DNA from: a virus
Lineage: Duplodnaviria > Heunggongvirae > Uroviricota > Caudoviricetes
Reading direction: 5' to 3' (one strand)
Virus record (IMG/VR): IMGVR_UViG_3300014919_000025
Location: 1 to 4,704 of that record
DNA: 4,704 bases
The translations under genes and the position numbers were made by a program. Below are positions 1-4,704 of this stretch, piece after piece (within the stretch, counting starts at the first letter, position 1; each line of letters begins with the position of its first letter). The notes beneath the pieces were generated by a model, which saw nothing but the letters and a program-made list of their open reading frames with translations, was not told the DNA's origin and ran no database searches.

Positions 1-24
1 AGAGTAATTCATCGGCACGTTAAA

Positions 25-657
25 TCATATCAGGCGTAATACCACAACCCTTAAGTTAGCGCTTATGGGGTTTACCCCCTCATTCAAACGGGCTTTCCAG
101 GCTTTGAAGGCTGCAGATTTTGAATTGCCACCAGCACGTTTTGGATAGGCCAGCCATGCCTGCTCAAACTCCGGAGAGTATTCCGGTCGGTTTGAACGAA
201 CTCGCACAGACTCATCAGCAGATGCACCAACAGCTATTGGTTCATTGACTGGTTCTTTGACTGGTTCAAAAGAGTGACTGGTTCTGGGTGAATCTCCTGC
301 ACTACCCCCTGGTGCAACTCCTGCACTACCTGGTGAATTTGCTGCACCAGATAGTGAATTATTTGCACTACCCCCTAGTGAATCTCCTGCACCATCAAGA
401 TGAAGGAGATAGATATTACTTGAGTTACCTTTTTCACCTTTCCGGGTGACTTTTTTTACCAGCCCGGACTCACAAAGGGCCGCAATATGATTCATCACAG
501 AACGTTTGCTAATCTCGCACTGGTCAGCAATATGCTGGTAGCTGGGCCAGCACTCACCCTGATCGCTGGCATTATCAGCCAGCTTAATCAGAACCAGTTT
601 TCGCAATGGATTTCCCACTCGAATTTTCATCGCTTTAACCATCAACTCCATACTCAT
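25..657 (-). CDS. Putative replication-initiation protein (210 aa): N-terminal winged-HTH domain, Gly/Ser/Ala/Pro-rich repetitive linker, short basic C-terminal region
   Basis: ORF-track ORF. The N-terminal region (LVLIKLADNASDQGECWPSYQHIADQCEISKRSVMNHIAALCESGLV) has the pattern of HTH domains found in phage/plasmid replication initiators. The ATG at 657 overlaps the stop of the upstream 74-aa ORF (ATGA at 654-657). It occupies the position of an O-like gene in a cro-cII-O type operon. The product call is inference; the coding call is better supported. Confidence 0.6.
   Translation of the reverse strand: MSMELMVKAMKIRVGNPLRKLVLIKLADNASDQGECWPSYQHIADQCEISKRSVMNHIAALCESGLVKKVTRKGEKGNSSNIYLLHLDGAGDSLGGSANNSLSGAANSPGSAGVAPGGSAGDSPRTSHSFEPVKEPVNEPIAVGASADESVRVRSNRPEYSPEFEQAWLAYPKRAGGNSKSAAFKAWKARLNEGVNPISANLRVVVLRLI
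240..392. repeat. Intragenic short direct repeats (iteron-like) in the linker of the replication gene
   Basis: TGACTGGTTC occurs three times (246-255, 258-267, 275-284). GTGAATCTCCTGCAC occurs twice exactly (288-302, 378-392), with degenerate copies near 332-348 and 352-368. CTGCACTACC(CCCT) occurs at 297-310, 321-330 and 364-376. These encode the low-complexity linker GAGDS / GSAGDSP / EPVKEPVNEP. Confidence 0.6.
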
Positions 658-878
658 GCAGCACCTCCGAGATGCTTCATGTTTTTTCCGGAGCGAAAGG
701 CTATAAGCGGCATACTGACGCGGTAATTACGGCCCAGCGGTTCACAAATCACCTTCTGACATTCACGGTCAACCAGGCTAACACGTAGAACATGCCCTGC
801 AGGCGTGGTGTACCACTGACCCGGACGAGGACAACGGAAAGTATGATTGGTAAACCGTTTGAAAATATTCCGGATCAT
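654..878 (-). CDS. Hypothetical small protein (74 aa), translationally coupled between Rha copy A and the replication gene
   Basis: ORF-track ORF. Its ATG (878-876) overlaps the Rha copy-A stop as ATGA (875-878), and its stop overlaps the next ATG as ATGA (654-657). An AGGGGG Shine-Dalgarno-like motif lies 5 nt upstream of the ATG. No recognisable domain. Confidence 0.4.
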   Translation of the reverse strand: MIRNIFKRFTNHTFRCPRPGQWYTTPAGHVLRVSLVDRECQKVICEPLGRNYRVSMPLIAFRSGKNMKHLGGAA

Positions 879-1756
879 TTACGCCCCCTTACCTCTGAAG
901 GGTTCAGCGACAAATTTATGAGACTGGCCAGTAGCGCCGCGTCGTTGATGCGGTCATACAGACTTACAGCCAGCGGGGATTCGGCTTTTGCCAACATGGG
1001 ATAAAGCTGCTGCAGCCAGACCTTGTGGATTACCGACAGGTGGGAGTAAAGCACGCTGGCGTTATCTGCGGCATCGCTCAGCGTGGATGGCTTTGAAAGC
1101 AGTTTTTCCATCTGGTTAAAGGCATTGATGTATGCCTCTTTGAACCGGGCAGCACGTTTACCCGTGAAACCCATAGCAAGAAACGCAAAACCGTCTCGTG
1201 TGATTTGATAGCAAAGGAGCTTGCGTGTACCACCGTTCGGTTGATTTACCGAAATCGATGTCTCCGCAAAATTGCGGGCACAAAACTCAGGGGAACAATC
1301 CAGAGTGCGGATCTTTTTCAGCACATCGTCGTGACGCTTGGAGAAGAAGTTGGCAACAGCCAAAGAAGTGGTAACGGCCTGGCCGTTGTCAATGGTGATT
1401 TCAGGTTGAGTGAGGGCTGGGATCGTAGCCATGATGGCAGCCTCCGTTGACAGTGAAAAACTTCCACCACCGGAAACGCCAATTTCACTGGTGGTGAACT
1501 GGACGGGGTTGGCGTAACCGGCGTCAACGGAGACCGGCGCACCTTTCGGTGCCCCCGCCCAGCCCACCATAATCTGGATGTGAGCAAATGCGGACGATAA
1601 AAAAGACGCTGGCGCGTCATACATCGCCGTTGACAATTTCAGGACGCCAATCCCGGCACCCGCTTTATAAGGTGCCTGAACAGTGTAACGTCCCGGAATT
1701 GCAGAATCAATATGCTGGTGGCGATTGGTAAACAGTTTGAAAATATTCCGGATCAT
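875..1756 (-). CDS. Rha-family phage regulatory protein, copy A. The full ORF is 293 aa; the Rha domain is the C-terminal 185 aa (875-1432) and has its own SD+ATG
   Basis: Rha hallmarks are present: FFSKRHDDVLKKIRTL and YQITRDGFAFLAMGFTGKRAARFKEAYINAFNQMEK. An internal start ATG at 1432-1430 is preceded by GGAGG (1441-1445 on plus) with an 8-nt spacer. The ORF is also open upstream to an ATG at 1756 that overlaps the copy-B stop (ATGA 1753-1756). Which start is used cannot be decided from sequence alone. Confidence 0.6.
   Translation of the reverse strand: MIRNIFKLFTNRHQHIDSAIPGRYTVQAPYKAGAGIGVLKLSTAMYDAPASFLSSAFAHIQIMVGWAGAPKGAPVSVDAGYANPVQFTTSEIGVSGGGSFSLSTEAAIMATIPALTQPEITIDNGQAVTTSLAVANFFSKRHDDVLKKIRTLDCSPEFCARNFAETSISVNQPNGGTRKLLCYQITRDGFAFLAMGFTGKRAARFKEAYINAFNQMEKLLSKPSTLSDAADNASVLYSHLSVIHKVWLQQLYPMLAKAESPLAVSLYDRINDAALLASLINLSLNPSEVRGRK
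1599..1618 (-). terminator. Terminator-like hairpin plus U-run inside the leader of Rha copy A (possible attenuator)
   Basis: On the minus strand, GACGC-gcca-GCGTC (plus 1605-1618) is followed directly by UUUUUU (plus 1604-1599). The stem is only 5 bp and the element lies within an open reading frame, so confidence is low. Confidence 0.3.
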
Positions 1757-2898
1757 TTACGCCCCCTTACCTCTGAAGGATTCAGCGACAAATTTATGAG
1801 GCAGGCCAGCGCCGAAGCATCATTAATATAGTCATACAAGCTAACAGCCAGCGGAGATTCGGCTTTTGCCAACATAGGATAAAGCTGCTGCAGCCAGACC
1901 TGATGAATTGATGAAATGTAGGAATAGAGAACGCTGGCGTTATGTGCAACGTCGCTCAGTACAGAGGGATTTGAAAGCTGTTTCTCCATCTGGTTAAAGG
2001 CATTGATGTATGCCTCTTTGAACCGGGCAGCACGTTTCCCCGTGAAGCCCATGGCAAGAAACGCAAAACCGTCGCGGGTGATTTGGTAACAAGGGAGTTT
2101 GCGGCCTGTGCAATCGGTGTAATCACTGGGCTGAAAATTCAGCTCAGTGAATTCAACAGAGCACTCAAGCGTCTGGATTTTTTGAATAACGTTTTTGTGC
2201 TGCTTGCAGAAATATTCGGCAACGGCCAAAGAAGAGGTAACAGCCTTCCCATGGATAACATCAATTTTAGGGTGAGTTTGGGTAGGGGTGGTTGCCATAG
2301 TGACATCCTCATGTGCGAATTTTGAAAACTCACCACATGGGACGCCAATCACAGAGGTGGTGAGACGTACAGGGTTGGCGTAACCGGTCGCACATGACCC
2401 CGGCGCATCTTTCGATGCCCCTGCACGCCCCACCATAATTTGGATGTGAGGAAACGTGCGCAAAAAAACCGCTGAAGCGCGGTTATGCGCATGTGCGAAT
2501 TTCAGGACGCCAATCCCGGCACCCGCTTTATAAGGTGCCTGAACAGTGTAACGTCCCGGAATTGCAGAATCAATATGCTGGTGGTCCTTCACACTCAACA
2601 AAATCACGCCTGAATTTCCACAAAGGACTAAAGCACTCATGCGGGTAGTCTTTGCGAAGATAGATAACGCGCTGTGTTTCTGGCTCCCAACGAATAACAT
2701 GGACATAAAGCCCTCTTCCGTCACGAAACCAGCGGTTAAGTTCCTGCACAACTCGCCCCCCACAGTCAGGTAAAGTTCTCTGTGGTTACTTACAGCCAGG
2801 TGATTTGGTAATCTGCATTCATGCCGTAACAACAGGTGTTCAGCGACGCTGACCACCAGCTGTTGCGACAAACGGTTATTTGCCGTTAAACTATTCAT
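1753..2898 (-). CDS. Rha-family phage regulatory protein, copy B, as a composite 381-aa ORF: a Cys/His-containing N-terminal region of about 105 aa, a leader of about 95 aa, and a Rha domain (1753-2298, 181 aa) with its own SD+ATG
   Basis: Rha motifs are present: YFCKQHKNVIQKIQTL and the identical core YQITRDGFAFLAMGFTGKRAARFKEAYINAFNQMEK. The internal ATG at 2298-2296 is preceded by GAGGA (2306-2310 on plus) with a 7-nt spacer. The ATG at 2898 overlaps the stop of the upstream 185-aa gene (ATGA 2895-2898). There is no in-frame stop between 2898 and the Rha domain. Confidence 0.55.
   Translation of the reverse strand: MNSLTANNRLSQQLVVSVAEHLLLRHECRLPNHLAVSNHRELYLTVGGELCRNLTAGFVTEEGFMSMLFVGSQKHSALSIFAKTTRMSALVLCGNSGVILLSVKDHQHIDSAIPGRYTVQAPYKAGAGIGVLKFAHAHNRASAVFLRTFPHIQIMVGRAGASKDAPGSCATGYANPVRLTTSVIGVPCGEFSKFAHEDVTMATTPTQTHPKIDVIHGKAVTSSLAVAEYFCKQHKNVIQKIQTLECSVEFTELNFQPSDYTDCTGRKLPCYQITRDGFAFLAMGFTGKRAARFKEAYINAFNQMEKQLSNPSVLSDVAHNASVLYSYISSIHQVWLQQLYPMLAKAESPLAVSLYDYINDASALACLINLSLNPSEVRGRK
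2462..2484 (-). terminator. Terminator-like hairpin plus U-run inside the leader of Rha copy B (possible attenuator)
   Basis: On the minus strand, AACCGC-gcuuca-GCGGUU (plus 2467-2484) sits next to a run of seven U (plus 2468-2462). It is at the position equivalent to the copy-A element but with a different stem sequence. Confidence 0.3.
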
Positions 2899-3452
2899 GC
2901 GTTAGTTTCTCCACAACCAGAAGCAATCGACGCCACGACGCCCGGAGCTGCACACTCGCGGGCGTTACTCTTTTCTGGAGCGCAGAAGATTTTGTAGACC
3001 AGTGCTGCATGCTCCTGGAGCTTCGAAATTGAAAGATACAGTTCGTCGTTAATTGCTGTCTTCTCATGCGGTTCCACTACACCGTCTTCGATTGCTGAAC
3101 GAATCTGTCTGGAATAACTGCCGATCTGTTCAATGACTTCCAGCAGGCGCTGGTTTATATCGGCGTTCTCTACTGCCTCAATTTCAGGAAGCGATACGAA
3201 CACCCCACCAGCAGACTGTGCGACAGCATCCGCAATGTAGTGAGTGCCAGCCGCACGCTGTAAAACCATTGCCCATCCCAGCGGGAAAATCTGATCGCCA
3301 TCTGCACGAAGGCGGTTGAATAATGCGTTCTCTGTTACATCCAGCCACTCAGCAGCTTCAGCGTAACCCCCCGGCAACGCCGCGATAGTTTTTCTGACAG
3401 CTTTCACGTACCACTCAGGCTGTTTTTCCACTTTCCAGTGATGATTACCCAC
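2895..3452 (-). CDS. Hypothetical regulatory protein at the cII position of the operon (185 aa), possibly CII/YdaT-like
   Basis: ORF-track ORF with a GTG start at 3452, preceded by AGGAGG (revcomp of 3460-3465) with a 7-nt spacer. The start overlaps the cro-like stop by 8 nt. The functional call rests on position only and is a weak inference. Confidence 0.55.
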   Translation of the reverse strand: MGNHHWKVEKQPEWYVKAVRKTIAALPGGYAEAAEWLDVTENALFNRLRADGDQIFPLGWAMVLQRAAGTHYIADAVAQSAGGVFVSLPEIEAVENADINQRLLEVIEQIGSYSRQIRSAIEDGVVEPHEKTAINDELYLSISKLQEHAALVYKIFCAPEKSNARECAAPGVVASIASGCGETNA

Positions 3453-3705
3453 GGCTTACCTCCTGTTCCTGTGGTTTAAACCCATTCTGGTTTTGGCTAG
3501 ATTGAAAACGTGCCGGATAAAGAATCTGCATTTCGCTGATTTCACCCTTAAAAAAATTGGCCAGACGTTCTGCAAGATCGATAGATGGAATTTGTTCCAG
3601 CCTTTCAATACGACTCAGCGTCGCTGGATTGACCTGAACGCCAGCAGCAACATGCTGCAAAGTAAATCCGTGCGCCTTACGCACACTCCGTAATGGTGAT
3701 TGCAT
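3445..3705 (-). CDS. Cro-like XRE-family HTH transcriptional regulator (86 aa)
   Basis: Small HTH protein (GFTLQHVAAGVQVNPATLSRIERLEQIPSIDLAERLANFF) transcribed divergently from the repressor gene. GGAGGT lies immediately upstream of the ATG (revcomp of 3709-3714). It is the first gene of the minus-strand operon. Confidence 0.7.
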   Translation of the reverse strand: MQSPLRSVRKAHGFTLQHVAAGVQVNPATLSRIERLEQIPSIDLAERLANFFKGEISEMQILYPARFQSSQNQNGFKPQEQEVSRG

Positions 3706-3802
3706 ATGACCTCCACATATTGCGTGATGAGCATATTATTTCACGCAAATATTTTGCGCAAGTTGATTTGCTTAACGCGCAATAAAGAAATGTAATAAAC
3801 GC
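3706..3802. promoter_or_regulatory. Divergent promoter/operator region between the cro-like and cI-like genes (OR-like)
   Basis: A 97-bp AT-rich intergenic region carries several related dyad half-sites. These are TTGCGTGA (3720-3727), CGCAA-N5-TTGCG (3744-3758), the palindrome TTGCGCAA (3754-3761) and TTGCT-N5-CGCAA (3768-3782). A candidate minus-strand promoter for cro has -35 TTGCGC (3756-3761) and -10 TAATAT (3733-3738) with a 17-bp spacer. A candidate plus-strand -10 TAATAA (3793-3798) sits just upstream of the repressor ATG. Confidence 0.55.
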
Positions 3803-4495
3803 ATGAACATAGGAAACCGAGTCAGACAACTTCGCCAGGCGAAGAACATGAAAATCGCCGATCTCGCTGAAGCAATAGGAGTGGATGCGGCGAATATCTC
3901 ACGCCTGGAAACAGGTAAGCAGAAACAATTCACTGAACAAGCCCTGAGTAATATTGCCAGGAGCTTAGGTGTTGATATCGCTGATCTCTTTACCTCAGAC
4001 GTCAAAAGTAATACTGTATGTAAAAACAGTATTGGTGAGGATGTTGCGCAGGTGAAGGATGTATTCCGTATTGAAATGCTGGATGTCAGTGCCAGTGCGG
4101 GAAATGGCCTTATCCAGGGCGGTGATGTCATTGATGTGATTCATGCCATTGAATACAGAACTGATAATGCTGTATCGATGTTTGGCGGACGGCCAGCCAA
4201 TCACATTAAAGTTATCAACGTTCGTGGGGACAGTATGTGTCCAACCATTGAGCCAGGAGATCTCATCTTCGTTGATATCAGTATCAATCAGTTTGATGGG
4301 GATGGTATATATGTATTTGGTTTTGATGATAAAATTTACGTCAAACGACTGCAAATGATACCTGATAAACTGCTGGTAATTTCTGATAATCAGATTTACC
4401 GCGAATGGGGAATTACCAGCGAAAACGAACATCGGTTTATGGTCTTTGGAAAGGTCTTAATCAGTCAGTCACAAACCCTTAAGCGACACAATTAA
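3803..4495 (+). CDS. cI-like prophage repressor (230 aa): N-terminal XRE-type HTH plus C-terminal LexA/S24-type autopeptidase domain
   Basis: The N-terminus NIGNRVRQLRQAKNMKIADLAEAIGVDAANISRLETGK is a canonical HTH. The C-terminal domain has the nucleophile in VRGDSM (Ser144) and the general base in YVKRL (Lys181), spaced 37 residues apart as in LexA. A candidate Ala-Gly cleavage site is SASA-GNG (Ala99-Gly100). Confidence 0.85.
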   Translation: MNIGNRVRQLRQAKNMKIADLAEAIGVDAANISRLETGKQKQFTEQALSNIARSLGVDIADLFTSDVKSNTVCKNSIGEDVAQVKDVFRIEMLDVSASAGNGLIQGGDVIDVIHAIEYRTDNAVSMFGGRPANHIKVINVRGDSMCPTIEPGDLIFVDISINQFDGDGIYVFGFDDKIYVKRLQMIPDKLLVISDNQIYREWGITSENEHRFMVFGKVLISQSQTLKRHN

Positions 4496-4515
4496 CCCCT
4501 ACCTCAACATCAATT

Positions 4516-4537
4516 AGCCACCAGAAGGTGGCTTTTC
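4516..4537 (+). terminator. Rho-independent terminator downstream of the repressor gene
   Basis: AGCCACC-agaa-GGTGGCT is a perfect 7-bp stem with a 4-nt loop, followed by TTTT, starting 21 nt after the repressor stop. Confidence 0.55.
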
Positions 4538-4550
4538 ATTACCCACCAAA

Positions 4551-4603
4551 TTGCATATCTCGCAATAAAAACACTTGCATAATGCGCAACTTCATTTTAT
4601 CTT
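4551..4603 (+). promoter_or_regulatory. Second operator-like cluster with a possible plus-strand promoter (OL/PL-like)
   Basis: Two 15-bp sites, TTGCATATCTCGCAA (4551-4565) and TTGCATAATGCGCAA (4575-4589), fit the TTGCG-N5-CGCAA dyad seen in the cI/cro intergenic region. A possible -35 TTGCAT (4575-4580) and -10 TATCTT (4598-4603) have a 17-bp spacer. Promoter direction and function are inferred. Confidence 0.35.
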
Positions 4604-4704
4604 TCTTTCCAGACATACAAACAAGGTACTAACAAAATTTGGTTGTAACACGGCGTATGGCACATGCGTCGTTAGCGGTCTGGTGACGTTAAAGGGGACA
4701 ATCC

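Larger units (their letters stand above)
845..2584. repeat. Head-to-tail tandem duplication: unit A 845-1722 and unit B 1723-2584, each carrying a leader plus a Rha-family gene
   Basis: Direct comparison by eye. The 87-bp block 1635-1721 is identical to 2498-2584. The 44-bp junction block 845-888 matches 1723-1766 with one mismatch. Interiors are homologous but diverged, with small indels (offset 878 at one end, 863 at the other). Confidence 0.8.

Noticed and set aside
1-24. Possible start of a further minus-strand gene at the window edge (ATG at 12-10, reading MNYS...)
   Set aside because: Only four codons are visible before the window ends, so it cannot be supported. An ATG at 28-26 that overlaps the replication-gene stop is followed immediately by a stop codon.
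240-392. Possibility that the short direct repeats form a CRISPR array
   Set aside because: The repeats are only 10-15 bp, degenerate, lack regular spacers, and lie in frame within a coding linker.
487-1004. Plus-strand ORFs 487-726 and 792-1004 from the ORF track
   Set aside because: They lie antisense to the replication gene, the 74-aa ORF and Rha copy A, which have motif support and coupled starts. They have no ribosome-binding site or recognisable domain.
1539-1618. Treating the leader hairpins as proof that the leaders are non-coding
   Set aside because: The leaders are open reading frames in both copies and differ by an in-frame one-codon indel, so coding potential cannot be excluded. 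Both interpretations are therefore reported as an open question.
1205-1620. ORFs 1205-1450 (+) and 1318-1620 (-) overlapping the Rha copy A start and leader
   Set aside because: Both are in alternative frames or strands to the Rha gene. The 100-aa minus ORF is low-complexity (Pro/Ser/Leu/Arg-rich), typical of an off-frame read of GC-rich coding DNA.
2083-2348. ORFs 2083-2325 (+) and 2139-2348 (-) inside Rha copy B
   Set aside because: They overlap the Rha domain in other frames or strands and have no independent support.
3493-3693. Plus-strand ORF 3493-3693 antisense to the cro-like gene
   Set aside because: It lies entirely within the better-supported cro-like HTH gene on the opposite strand.
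3772-4432. Minus-strand ORFs 3772-4131 and 3995-4432, and plus ORF 4143-4358, overlapping the repressor gene
   Set aside because: The repressor frame has unmistakable HTH and S24 motifs. The overlapping ORFs are likely artefacts of the AT-rich coding sequence.
4538-4704. AT-rich 3' end of the window as a possible tRNA, attachment site or small RNA
   Set aside because: No cloverleaf-compatible pairing or conserved tRNA motifs were seen. The only supported signal there is the operator-like motif pair, reported separately.

Overview
This window reads as the immunity, early-regulatory and replication module of a lambdoid-type prophage in an enterobacterial genome. That is an inference from gene order and protein motifs read by eye; no database search, alignment program or RNA folding was run. 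A plus-strand cI-like repressor (XRE-type HTH plus LexA/S24-type self-cleavage domain, 3803-4495) diverges from a minus-strand operon. The operon runs from a Cro-like HTH gene (3705-3445) through a 185-aa regulator, two tandem Rha-family regulator genes, a 74-aa ORF and a 210-aa HTH protein with a repetitive linker (probable replication initiator); every stop/start junction overlaps. The most unusual feature is a head-to-tail duplication (845-1722 and 1723-2584) that produced two Rha paralogs with identical ends but diverged interiors. Each copy is preceded by a leader that is an open reading frame yet shows base-pair-preserving differences between copies (terminator-like hairpin with U-run, an enclosing helix, and a GAAA-loop hairpin). 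Other points worth a second look are iteron-like short repeats inside the replication gene, a TTGCG-N5-CGCAA operator motif family that recurs downstream of the repressor gene (OL-like), and a probably leaderless repressor mRNA. No rRNA, tRNA, CRISPR array or transposase was seen.
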